Source: Camelus dromedarius
Taxonomy: Eukaryota
Reading direction: 5' to 3'
Assembly (NCBI RefSeq): GCF_036321535.1
Contig: NC_087436.1
Location: 80,354,001 to 80,418,000 of the forward strand
DNA: 64,000 bases
Made by a program: the position numbers and the translations under genes. Within the stretch, counting starts at the first letter, position 1. Each line of letters opens with the position of its first letter. Of this stretch, positions 24,420-37,300 are shown piece after piece. Below the pieces are notes generated by a model. It worked only from the letters and a program-made list of their open reading frames with translations. It was not told where the DNA came from and made no database searches.

Positions 24420-27400
24420 AGCATTTTTGTATTAACTTTCATTTTTCTTGAGCAGTCTTGTTGGGAGTTTATTTCATAATCTTTTCAAAAGATCAAATTC
24501 TGACTTGTTAACTTTCTCTGTGTTGTTTTCTGTCTGATTGATGTCCATTCTCATCTCCCATTCCTTTCTTTCTCTAGGTTCAATTTGCTGTTTCTTCTCC
24601 AGCTTCTTAAGATAAAGCTTAGATGATTGGTTTTCAGCCTTTTTTCTAATATATTCACCTAACACTATACATTTACTCTTAATTAGTGCTTTTTTTAAAA
24701 AATAATAGACTTTATTTTTTTAGAGCAGTTTTGGGTTCACAACAGAATTGAGCAGAAAATACAGAGTTCCCACATAGCCCTCCCCACCCACACATATATA
24801 CTCCCTTACCCTCATCAGTGTGGCATATTTGGTACAATCAATGAACCAGCATGGACACATTATTATCAACCAAAGTTCACAGTTTACATTAGGGTTCACT
24901 ATTGATGTTGTACATTCTAGGACTTTGACAAATGCATAATGACATGTAGCCACCACTATAATACCACACAGAATAATTTCATTGCCCTAAAAATCCCCTG
25001 TGCTCCATCTGTTCATCCCTCCCTCCCTCCCTCTCCCCAAATCTCTGGAAACCATGATCTTTTTATTGTTTCTGTAGCTGTGCCTTTTCCAGAATGTCAT
25101 TTGGTTGGAAGTGTATTGTGTAGCCTTTTCAGACTGGCTTCTTTCATTTAGTAATATCTTCTACATTTTTTCCATGTCTTTCATGGCTTGATAGTTTTTT
25201 TTTTTAAACTGCACATATATTTTTTCATTTATATATATGTACTGTTCATTGTTTCTAAGAATGTTTAGAGCTTTAGCTTTTTAAACTTACATAGTTATCA
25301 AAGGAATAAAGCCAACCACAAAATAAGAATTAACTTAAAAAGATATATACATCCTGCTATTAACAGCAACATTATTTATAATGGCCAAGATATGGAAGCA
25401 TCCTAAGTGCACGTCAACAGCTGAATAGATAATGAAGATGTATGTGTATATATGCACTAACACACACTTGCACATAAGAAAGAAGGATACTTTGCCATCT
25501 GCGGCCCTTCATTCACTTTTTTTTTTCCACTTCAAAACCCAGAGTTTTACAACTGGCATAAACATTTCCATTATATCAAAAACAACAAAATACCTAGAAA
25601 TAAACCTAACCAAGGAGGTTACCTATACTCCGAAAGCCGAAATGACACAAAGAAATGGAAAGATTTCTTGTACTCTTGAACACTATCAAAATGGCTGTAC
25701 TGCCCAAAGCAATCCACAGATCCAACACAACCCCCATCAAAATACTCGCGACATTCTTCACAGAACTAGAACAAACAATTCCAAAATTTATAAGGAGCCA
25801 CAAAATACCCCGAACAGCCAAAGCAATCTTTTGTAGGTCTTTTTTTTTTTTTTCCTCTTTCTTCTTTTTGTTCTCTTTTCTTACGGTTTGATGACTAGAG
25901 AAGTTCCTTTAACATTTGTTGTAAAGCTGGTTTGGTGGTGCTGAAATCTTTTAGTTTTTGTTTATCTGTGCAGCTTTTGATTTCTCCATCAAGTCTGGAC
26001 GAGAGCCTTGCTGGATAGAGTATTCTTGGTTGTAAATTTTCCCTTTTCATCACTTGAAGCATGTCATGCCATTCCCTTCTGGCCTGTAGAGTTTCTGCTG
26101 AAAAATCAGCTGATAACCTATGGGAGTTCCCTTGTATGTTATTTGTTGCTTGTCTCTTGCTAATTTTCATATTTTCTCCTTATCCTTAATTGCTGTCAAT
26201 TTGATGACTGTACCTTGGTGTGTTCCTCTTTGGGTTGACCCTGTGTGGTACTCTCTGCGCTTCCTGGACTTGGGGGACTGTTTCCTTTCCCAAGTTGGGG
26301 ACGTTTTTGGTGATTATCCCTCCAAAAATGTTCTCAGGTCCTCTCTCTCTCTTCTCTTTCTGGGACCTCTATAATGCAAATGTTAGAGTGCTTCATGTTG
26401 TCCCAGAGTTCTCTTAAATTATCTTCATTTCTTTTCAATCTTTTTTCTTTTTTCTGTTTTGAAGTAGTGATTTCCCTAATCTGTCTTCTAGCTCATTGAT
26501 CTGTTCTTCGGCCTTATTTAGTCTATTCTTGGTTCCTTCTAGTGTATTTGTTATTCATTTCAGTAATTTTGTTCTTCAACTCTGTTTGGGTATTCTTTAT
26601 AATTTCCAACTCTTTGCTAAAAACTTTGCTCTGTGCATCTATACTCCTCTTGAGTTCTCTGAACATCTTCACCATCATTACTTTAAACTCTTTCTCAGAA
26701 ATTGCTTATCTCCTCTTCATTTATTTCTTTTTCTGGGATTTTATCTTGTGCCTTGGCCTGGGAGATATTCCTTTGCTGCCTCATGTTGTCTATCTTTCTA
26801 TGTGTTTGTGGGTTCCTTCCACAGGCTTTGGGATTGTTGTTTTCTTATTTCTAGTATCTGTCCCTGGTGGATGAGGCTGGAGTAGAGGCTTTGTGCAGGG
26901 TTCCTGGCAGGAGGAGCTGGTGCCTGCCCACTGCTGGGTGAGGCTAGGTCTTGGTGCTAATGATCCAATCAAGATGTCAGCCTCCAGGAAAGCTCATGTA
27001 GATGAACACTCCCAGAATGTCCACCACCAGCTTTTATGCCCCCTGAGTGAGCTGCAGCCATCCCCCATGTCCCCAGAAGACCCTCCAAATCCAGCAGGCA
27101 GGCCTGGCCCAGGTTCCTATGAGATCACTGTCTCTGCCCTTGGACCTAGTGCACATGAGTTTCCACGTACGCTTCTCAAGCGAATGGAGTCTCCCGTGGG
27201 GCTCCTGGTGCCAAGCCCCGCTGGCCAGATGTTCTAGGGTCTCCTCTTCCGAATGCTGGAACCTGAGCTCAGGAGCCTGAGGTGGGGCTTAGAGTTCTCA
27301 CTCCTGTGGGAGGGCCTCTGTGACTTAAATCTTCAGCTCGTGGGTCGCCCACCCAGGGGTTATGGGGCCAATTATATCACGATCATGCCCCTCCTCCCGT

Positions 27401-28380
27401 CCTGCTGTGGTTCCCTCTTTGTTTCCAGTTGCAGGAGATTTTTTTGCTAGTTTCCAGTCTTTTTTTTTTTTTTTTCAGTGGTTGTTTAGTATTCAGTTGT
27501 GGATTTGTTGTAGTCATGAGGAGAGGAGAGCTCATGGTCCCACCACTCCGCCCTCTTGACAGGAAATAAGTAGCACTTTTTAAGTACTCTTAAGTACTTT
27601 CATCCCACGGGTTGTATTTGTATTTTCACTATCCAGTTACAAATATTTTCTGATTTCCAGTATTCTGTCTTCTTTCTTTGACGTGGGATTATTTAGAAGT
27701 GTATTGATTAGTTTCCAAACAAATGGAGATTTTGTCATTCTCCTTCCTTTCCTGATTTTTGCTTTAATCCTACTATGGTCAGAAAACATACTATTTCAGT
27801 ATTTAATATTTGTTGAGATTTGCTTTGTGCCCCAAGCATATTGTCTGCTCAGATAAACGTTCCAGGTGCACAGGAAACAAGTATGCGTTGTGAAGTTCCA
27901 GGATTAGTGTTGCATGTCAACTGGGTGAAGTTGAGCTGAATTTTCTGTACTGATTTTTTTGACGTGTTTTTCCCCTTTGCTTGTTCTATCAGTTATGAAG
28001 AGAGCTTCATCAGAATTTCCCAGTTTTTGCTTTATTTATGTTGAGGTTGTGTTAGGTGTACACACATTTAGGACTCTCGTGTCTCCCCGTTGAATCACTT
28101 CTAATGTCATTATGTAATGTCCATCTTTATATACTACTTGTAAAGCCTACTTTGTTGAATAGAAGACTAGCTGCATCTGCCTTCTTTTGGTTAGTGTTTG
28201 CAGAGTATTTCTTTGTCCTTTTACTTTTTTGCATTCCTTTTTCCTTCTATTTAAAGTGTGTTTCTCTTTTCTAACAAGCATATAGCTGGATTGTTTTTGT
28301 AACCCAGTTGACAATCTTTGTCTTTTTAATTGGGGTATTTAATTCACTTGCATGTGATTTATTAACTGATACATTTCAGT
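24420..28380 (-). mobile_element. Old antisense L1 interrupted by an L1MC/MD-type 3' fragment (~24700-25194) and the HAL1-like element
   Basis: ORF 24474-24665 (LKKLEKKQQIEPR...INQTENN) is L1 ORF2-like; the old L1 resumes after ~27585. Confidence 0.7.
25195..27565 (-). mobile_element. ORF1-only L1 derivative (HAL1-like), ~2.4 kb
   Basis: L1-type 5' end (ttcctgtcaagagggcggag); decayed ORF1 from ATG 26784 (MRQQRNISQAKAQDKIPEKE) to TAG 25895 (RLSADFSAETLQARREW...LYPARLS...KELL); no sense-strand ORF2; inverted ORF2 fragments; distinctive tail; A11. Confidence 0.75.
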
Positions 28381-30158
28381 CTTAGTAATTAGTGGTTAAA
28401 TCCTTAGGACTCTTTATTTTCAGAAGATGGCAGCTTTCAGAGCACTAACTCAAACTTTTTTTTTTTTTTTAGATCTGCTGTTCTCTCAGTAGGGAAAAGT
28501 CATGTTGAGCCATGTTGTCCTTCATCCAAAAGTTAACATTTAGACTATTAGAAATACCGTGCTTGAGCCAGTGGGCAACTCACTGGGAGCACCTGCTGAC
28601 ACAATTTTGCATTTAGCTGAACTTGCTAGAATAGTCTTCCTTTTCTCTGTGAGCCTCTGCTCTGGGTTTATGCTATGAAGTTGCTGAATCTTTTCAAGAA
28701 ATGGAAGACAGGCTGTGTCCTGAGTTGGGTAGACTGTGGCTGTCAGAGACATATTGCCACAGTTTTTTTGGCAGATGAGTTGAGCCACGTGCATGAAGGT
28801 GACCCGTGGGACGGCTAATCCACGTTGTTGTGCAGTTTTTTAAATCAGAGATTTTCATTGTGATATCACTGCATAGCAGACATTTCTTTGTTGCTGGGTT
28901 TTCAATTTCTTATAATTCCATTTGAACTGAAGAGTTCATGTCATACATTTAATGACCCTGTAAATGTCTTAGAATTCTGGGCCATTTTCCATATATTACT
29001 TGTCTTGCTTTTTCCTATTGGGTTTTCCTACTCACTCTCCACCGAAAGTGAACCTACCCCGCTTTTCCTATTCAAATGGGTTGTAGAAATTGCAAAGAAC
29101 AATACATATGTTAAAATCTGAACTAGGCTCATTCTGAATTTGACAAAAGAGCACTTAGTGGTGTAAGTACAGAAAGGTGATCTCCAGCTCATAAACGGTT
29201 GAGTTCCAGAGTCCAGAGGGTGGGAAACTGCAATCCCCCGACTGTAGTGGTGTCTCGGGAGGGAAAGATGTGCGGGGAGTCCTTCTCGGGACCTTTTCGA
29301 CCTAGAGTGCACCATCGGAGGGTGCAGGCAGAAGGGCTGGGGAGGGATGTTGGAGGAGCTCACTGTGACGGAGCCGCGTGGGGAGAGGTCCCCGCCCGGG
29401 CTGGGCTGACTCCTGCTGGAGAGCCGTGTCACTGCCCGGTGGCTGCTTAGAGGCCAGCTGGGCTCATTTCATCCCCAGTGGGGCTTCTGGGGCAGGCCCT
29501 CCACTTCCCCTTCCTCCTTTCCGCTAGAGCAGATCCACTTTTGTTTTGTTTCCTTGTTGGGGTTTACCTGTGACCTGCTTTGAACAAAGGCTGTTGTTCC
29601 CATTGGAGATCCTAGGTGGGGGCTTCAGTGCTGGTCTCAGGAACTTCGTGTCCTGCCTATTGAACATTTGTAGTTCCCAATGGTATTTTCCCAACAAAAT
29701 AGTTTCAAAGAAATATAATTTTAAATTTTAGCTTCCATTGTCTAGTATTTTCATGTTCTCTTTTGGTCCGTCTCGTCCACCAGGAACTTTGCTCTTCTTC
29801 TTACAGAATGGATTTTGTTTCTTGTCTGATCTCAGGATTTGTTTACGATCCTCACCTCTTCTGAGAATTGTTGTGGAACTTAGATCTGCATTCAGTACTT
29901 TGCTTCATGTCGGTCCTGTTTTCTGTTTGTGGACTCTTCCCACATCCAGACTGTACGCCCCTCAATGCAGAGAGTTTTGGCTTGTTTTCTCCCTTTGACA
30001 CTAAATTGGGCATTAAAATGAGCTCTGATGAACAGCTGTTTCAATTCCGTAAAGACTACTCTGCGTTTAAATGTGTGGTTTATTTTAAGTGACAAGTATA
30101 TGCTTTCTTTAGCTCTCTTAAAATATCATGAACCTTGTCTTTTCTGCTCTGTTATCAG

Positions 30159-30288
30159 GGGTCCAAATCCTAGCAAACTGCTACAACAGTTGTTGGTGCT
30201 TCAACCAGAACAGCAGCTAAATATATATAAAACGCTGAAGACGCATCTCATTGAGAAAGGAATCCTGCAGCCCAGTTTGAAGGTATAA
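30159..30288 (+). CDS. CDS1: CDS1 terminal coding exon
   Basis: gttatcag| acceptor; (R)GPNPSKLLQQLLVLQPEQQLNIYKTLKTHLIEKGILQPSLKV, stop TAA at 30286-30288. Confidence 0.97.
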
Positions 30289-32920
30289 CTGGCTCCAGAG
30301 AGGAAAGGACTGGCAATAAACAATTCTACAGAAAAGCACTGACAGATGAAATTTTGTAACTGTACAGAAAATGGTTGTAAAGTGCAATAGATTGGCATCT
30401 TACAGACATGAATGTTTCTTCTTTGAAATTACTGTGAATATTTAACACTTCCTTGATCTAAGTTATGAAATAAGTAGCAAATTGCCAGCAGAGTATCCTG
30501 TACTTTTTCTAAAGTCTATTTTCTGATGTTAACTTCCTTCCCCTTACTTGCTAGCTTTCATCACTTGAAAGACTTGTGTTTTAAAGAGTCGAACACTATG
30601 AGTAAAGTGAGGGTGTCTTAAGGTTGCACCTGGCATTTGGGCACCCTTTGCACAAATATTTACTTTTGTAGTTGGAGCTGCTCTTAATTTCAGCAGAATG
30701 TTTTAGGTAAGGCACAATAGGAAGTTAGTTTTCCTGCACTTCCTCCTCCTTCAGTCTGAAGTATTTTCTGAGGGGCTGAGCTGGATCCAAAAAAAAAAGA
30801 TTGTCCACTTTTCAAAGATGTAAGTAATCATTTGTCAGGAAAAAACATTCCACTTTTAGGGAGGTTTGGAATTCAGGAGAGAGAGGCTGCAATTTCTCTT
30901 GTTTTTGGTTTGCTGGAAAGAGCAGACATCAAGACTCTACTTTGATAAAATTGTTTGGAAAAACACAAGCTTGTTAGAAACTTCTCAAGAGAAACAAAGG
31001 CGAATTCTGCGACAAGGAGCTTCACGGTGCTCCTTCTCCACCGATGGTCTCAGCAGAGGACAGTCGTCAGGAGACAGCATGGGACCGTGGCACGGGAGCA
31101 GCCTACCTCTTGGTCGAGATCTCTGTTTGTTTCCCTGTGAACGGGTTTCCGTAAGTTCTGTAGCCACAAGCATTGAAGACGTGTATGTAGGGTAGTGAGC
31201 AGGGGTGGGGGCCCGTCCCTGGATGGGGCTCTGCCTGCTGTGTCCCTCCCTCCCGGTCCCATGATGCCCACTGGACACTCACCTGGGAGGCAGCAAGATC
31301 TGCCTGGAGACTCTCACTCCCAGACTAACTCCAAGCTAGCAGCACATTTTTATCGCATTCCTCTTTCACATCATGTCACAGAATCAGAGGACATCGACTG
31401 ATTAATTTTTCTTCCAACAATGAAAACCAAGCAGATGTGATTCTCACCAGGAACAAAAAGCACACGAATGCCATACCTTCCCTTTGGTGACCAGGACACT
31501 GTCACCAGATGAGAAGACACTTCCTCTCAGTGGATGTAAATAAGCTGCCGCCACCGAGTGCTCCCTGCAGCCGCGTTTATTGTGTTGCACAGGTGGCACT
31601 AGAACCTTCAAAAACGGCCTACTGCTCCTTGGCTAAATGTTCAGAGACAAGACAGAGATATATTTTAAAGAATGTTTTGCTAATGAAAAGAGTAAATATT
31701 TTTGTTTGAATCAGAAACAGATTTCAATTATTTTCTATTTCTGTTCTACTGCTCTACCTAAAATAAAAAAAAAGTTGCAGCTGTGCCTGAGTTCACAGGT
31801 GCAGTCTCTGAGTAGCCGCCTCAGCAGGTGCACTGCGTGAGTCTGGCAGGCACAGGGGCACTCAGTCCGCGTATCGCCGCTGGGTGTGTTCCGTCAGCGT
31901 GGTTTCACACTAGTCCCTGAAGCCTAGAATTGGCATTGGAGATGCTATTACAGGAGGGAGGGAGTGCTTTGAAGATCATGCTAACTACAAGTCAGTTTTC
32001 AACACCTCTTTTTTCCCCCTCTTTTTGCCTCATTAAAAGCTCCAAAGGTTGATCATAAAAGAATTTACTTACCAAAGTTTTAAAAAATGAATAATAGGAA
32101 CTTACCTTGAAAACTTGGTGATTGGCACCTAAGAACTTCTTGGAAATACACAGTCCCTCTGCATTTTTCTTTACAGTGATTAGTAAGGCGCTGCAGAACA
32201 GAATTGAGAGCATTACTGAATACATGTACTATTATACAATTGATACTGTTATAAAGAAAATACAAAGCTAGAAATATTTGGGGTCACTGGAATAGCTATC
32301 CTCAAATATACTTTTAGAGTTGGGTGTACATTATTCTATATGTAAAAAAGTAAATTCTTAATCTTAACAGAGCTCTAAGGATTGACCTTTTTAGTATCCT
32401 TTTATAGCATGTATACTAAAATAGAATATATTTTAGCCAGAATACACTTTAGCAAAGATTGCCATAAAACTCGGACTTTGATCATTTTTATATTTGCACT
32501 GTGAAGAGAGTTTACACTCCAGTGTAGCAATGAGGTGGCAGAGGGATGAAGGACTTGGAACTTCCTTTACAGTCATGCAAAGTGTTCCCAGTTTGCTGTC
32601 AGGGGAGGCGCTCTAATGGTACCAACTGCTTAGTTCACGTTTCCTCAGTGCTTTTCCCCTTCGTGGTGCACATACATTTACTGTCTGAGAATAAAAAGAC
32701 AACACCCACACTTTTTTCCCCCCACTCATAGTATCTTTTCATTTGTAATTTGGTGTGAACAGATAGTATCACCCTGTTCAGTGGAAAAGAAAAAGAAACA
32801 GTGTATATATACCACATATGCGTGGGAGATAGCTTATGATACGTGTCAATCAGTTCTCTGAATCTTTTACTGAAACTGCAATAGGAAAATAAACGGAAAT
32901 AAATCACATTTTGACTTTGT
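30289..32920 (+). other. CDS1: CDS1 3' UTR (3' end inferred)
   Basis: Repeat-poor sequence after the stop codon, ending at tandem AATAAA (32888, 32898) followed by a T/GT-rich tract. Confidence 0.65.
32888..32903 (+). terminator. Probable distal CDS1 poly(A) signals (two AATAAA)
   Basis: aataaacggaaataaa followed by tcacattttgactttgttgtgccattttc. Confidence 0.6.
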
Positions 32921-34329
32921 TGTGCCATTTTCTCATTAGAGAAGAAACAGTCATTCATGCAACTAGTGTTTACAAAATGATGACAGATAAAGAAATAGTG
33001 TGTGCTGTGTGCATTCCATCACCTACAGTGGCATCTTTGGGGCTGGGAATAAATAAGTTCTGGTGATCACTGTGCATGTGTGTTTTGTCAAGAGGTGATG
33101 TCCTTTGAAGAGAAGGAATACTGAATTTCTGTGGTACTTTTCAGCTTATAATTACATATTTATTTTTGTGACTTTGATCCAGTCACCACTAGAGCTGTAA
33201 GCTGCATGGATGCTGAGTGGCATTTGTTTTGATTAGCTGTTGTGTTCCCAGTGTCTGGCTCAGTGCCAGCACTCCCTACGCCCTCAAGCTTCTCAACAAA
33301 TAAATGGTTTGGAGTCTGAAGACCCAACTGGGCATATTCCCATTTGTGTCTCTTGGCTACCCGCCCCACCCACCACCAATACACATCACTTTTCATTTTG
33401 TGTTGCTCTAAGAGGGGCTTCATTATTCTTAGTTCCTAAGGTTGTTTTAAGGATTAAGTGAAAACTCACGAACGTGTCTTGATTTGTGTTCAGCGTAGAA
33501 GAGCTGATTAGTTATCCTTAGTCTCCTTCCTTCCTACCTGCTCCTCGCCTGTTACCCATCTCCAGTGGGAAGTGATAGTTTGGTAGGACTGAACAGGAAG
33601 GTGCCCACCTCTTCAGCTCCTGAAACTTATAAAATTCAAAACCCACTCTTTGAGGAGGGGCTTTATCTAGGAATCTACATGTAATGCCTACAAATAAAAA
33701 GCAGATCTAGAAAATTTAACCAAAATCAAAAGCCTGTCCTACCTTAATCTCGTCTTCCTTTTCCTGCGCAGAAGGGGAGAACGTTCTTGAATCATCAGAT
33801 ATCACGGAGTCACTTAATAAGGGTGGGTGGATGAATGAAATGTTGTCTGACGATGGCAAAGTGAGCTTCTAAAAGGAGATGAGAGAATACAGTCTGGTCC
33901 TCTAACATGTACAAAGGACATGGGTGGGGAAAGCAGCAGCCTTGTTGCCCAGAGAGAGAAAAATCACTGAGGACCAAGCCCGCCCGGAGGTGTCCTCTGA
34001 GGGAGAGAATGGAATCTCAGAGTGTCAAACTTACAGGACACCAGGGCATGGATCTGGAGTTTATGCTCTCACACCCTCCTTTTCCTCTCTGTAGCCACCT
34101 TGAGTATAATGGATCTCGATGGTTTTCTGTTCAAGAATGCGCAAGGCCAAACTTCAGACAGGACCTGGAAGAGTGATAAGTTTGGAGAACATTATTGAGT
34201 AACTGTTAAGTGTATTTTTGATAAGATTTAATAAATTTCAAAAACCTGTGAAGATAGGAACCAGAGGTTTCAGCTAGCACAGGTAAGACAGACACATTTG
34301 AATTGTCAGCAATTATATATTTTTTCCAA

Positions 34330-37300
34330 TAGTTTTGAGAGTTTCTGAACCATAATCTCGTGCCACCATTATTACCCCCAGTTAGAGAACATTTCCCTCA
34401 CTCCAAAAGTTCCCTGGTACCCATGTGCAGTTAATCCCCACTCCAACCCCCAGCCTTAGGCAGCCACTGACCTGCTGTCGCTGTAAATTTGCCTTTTCTG
34501 GACATCTCCTATGAATGGAATCGTGCAATGCATAGTGTTTTGTGTCTGGTATAATATGTTTGCTTGTATCAGCTTTGTTCCTTTTTATGAAGAACACACT
34601 TTGCTGACCCATTTACCAGTTGATTGGCATCGGAGTTATTTCCAATTTATGATTCTTAAGAAAAATGTTGCTGTGAGTATTTGTGGACATGTGTTTGTGT
34701 GGCATGTCTCCATCTCTCTCAGATTTCTAGGGTGGAATTGCTGGGTCGTATGGTAAGTTTATGTTTAACTTTTAAAGGAATGGCTAAACTGTCCAAAGTG
34801 GCTGTACATCCTTATCTTCCTACCCGCAGTGTATGAGGGTTCCCTACATCCTCACCAAAACCCAGTACTATCTTTTTAAAGAGAACCATTCTAGCTGGTG
34901 TGTGTCGGTATTTCAAGGTGGTTTTAGTTTGCATTTCCCTAGTGGCTAATGGCACTGAGCATCTTTACATGTGCTTATTTGCCATTTGTATATCTTCTTT
35001 GATGAAATGTCTATTCATTTATTTCCCCATTTTTACATGTGATGTTTCTTCTTATTCAGCTGTAAGAGATTGTTACAGATCCTAGATACAAATCCCTTAT
35101 CAGATATGTGACTTACAAATATTTTCTCCAAGGCTGTTCCTTTTTCCCTTCATTCTTAAGACAATTTTTTAGAGCACTTTAAGGTTCATAGGAAAATTGA
35201 GGGGATGGTACAGAGATTCCCAATATACCCTCTGCTCTGCCCCCAAACACAGCCTCCTTGGCTGTCAATATCCCCAGTGAGAGTGGTATGTTTGTTACAA
35301 CTGAAGAACTTACATTGACAACATGTCGTAATCACCCAAGGTATATAGTTTACATTATGGCTCATTCTTGGTGATGTATTCTTTGGATTTGGACAAATGT
35401 ATGACATGTATCCTTCATTACGGTGTCATATAGAGTATTTTCACTGCCCTAAAAGTCCCCTGTGCTTCCCCTATTCATTCTTCCCTGACACCCCCAAACT
35501 CTGATCATTTTACTGTCTCCATAGTTTTGCCTTTTCCAGAATGTCATATAGTTAGAGTCATATGATAGGCAGCATTTCCACATTGGCTTCTTTCACTTAG
35601 TGATATGCATTTAAGATTCTTCCATGTCTTTTCATGGCTTCATAGCTCATTTCTTCTTAATGCCGAATGATATTCCATTGGCTGTACCATAGTTATTTAC
35701 CCATTCACCTACTGAAGGAATCTTGCTTGCTTTCAAGTTTTGGCAAATATGAATAAAGCTGCTGTAAACATCAGTGTGAAGTTTTTTTTTTTTTTCCCCA
35801 GATGGACCTAATTTTTCAACTCCGTTGGGTAAATAGCGAGAATTGTGGTTGCTGGATCACATGGTAAAAGAAGCCACCAACCTGCCTTCCAAAGTTGCTG
35901 TTTCATTCTGTAGTCTTACTAGTAGTGAATGAGGCTTCCTGTTGTTCCATATTCTTGCCAGCACTTGGGTTTTGTTGATGTTCTGGATTTTGGTCATTTT
36001 ATAAGTATGTAACGTTTCACCTTGAATTTCCCTGATGGCAAGATGTGGAGCACCTCTTCATATGCTTCTTTGTTATCTGTGTATCTTCTTTGGTGAGGTG
36101 TCTGTCAATGTCTTTGGCCCATTTTAAAATCAGGTTGTTCATTTTCATACTGTTGAGTTTAAAGAGTTCTTTGTGTATTTTGGATAACAGTCCTTTATCA
36201 CGTCTCTTTTGCAAATATTTTCTACCAGTCTGTGGCTTGTCTTATTCTCTTGACATTATCTTTTGCAGGACAAAAGTTTTTAATTTTAATGAAGTTCATC
36301 TTACCAGTTCTTGCTTTCATGGATTGTGCTTTTTGATGTTGTAACCATGATGTAGCTACTATGATACAGTAACTATAATATAACGACTTGGCTATTGTAA
36401 ATCACTGCCATACCCAAGGTCATTTAGTTTTCCTATGTTAAATTCTACTTTTATACTTTGCATTTTACATTTAGCTGATTTTAGTGGTAAAGCTTTGAGT
36501 TTCTCACCATTGAGTTTGGTGTTAGCTGTAAGTTCTTTGTACAGTCTTTAACAAGTTGAAGTAGTTTCCCTCTATTCCTAGTTTATATCGAGTTTTTATC
36601 ATGAATGGGTGTTGGATTTTGTCAAATGCTTTTTTTTCTTTGCATTTGATATGATCATGTGATTTTTCTTTTTTAGTCCAATTGATGTGATGGATTACAT
36701 TAACTGATTTTCAAATGTTGAACCAGCCTTGAACACTTGGGATAAATCCCAACTGTTATGGTGTATAATCCTTTTCATATATAAATTTGATTTGCTAACA
36801 TGTTGTTCAGGATTTGGCCCCTATGTTCATAAGATATTGGTCTGTAGTTTTTTCATAATGTCTTTGTCTGGTGTTGGTATTAGGGTAATGCTGGCCTCAT
36901 AAAATGAGTTAGGAAGTATCACCTTTGCATCTATCCTCTGAAAGAGATTGTAGAGAATTGGTACAATTTCTTCCTGTTTGGGAGAATTCAGTAGTGAACC
37001 ATCTGGGCCTGGTGTCTTCTTTTTTGGAAGGTTATTAATTATTGATTCAATTTCTTTGATGTAGGCCTTTTCAGACAATTTATTTCTTCTTGTGTGAGAT
37101 TTGGCAAATACGACTTTGAAGGAATTGTCCATTTCATCTAGGTTATCACATTTGTGGGCATAGAATTGTTCAAGGTGTTCCTTTATTATTCTTTTCATTT
37201 GCATAATATCTGCAGTGATGGCCTCTATTTCTTCTTTGATATCAGTAATCTGTGCCCTCTCTCTCACTTTCTCCCTTTCCCTCTTTCTTCTTCTTTTTTA

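Noticed and set aside
29250..29460. GC-rich patch with ~80-130 aa ORFs in the last CDS1 intron as an internal promoter or exon
   Set aside because: Short, with no convincing splice signals or protein similarity that I could see.
24700..35660. Similarity between ~24705-25194 and ~35165-35650 as a segmental duplication
   Set aside because: Both are diverged copies of a common old L1 3' UTR; similarity does not extend into unique flanks.
36827..37267. 146-aa ORF as an intact L1 ORF2
   Set aside because: Fragment with deletions and neighbouring stops and frameshifts inside an old L1 block.
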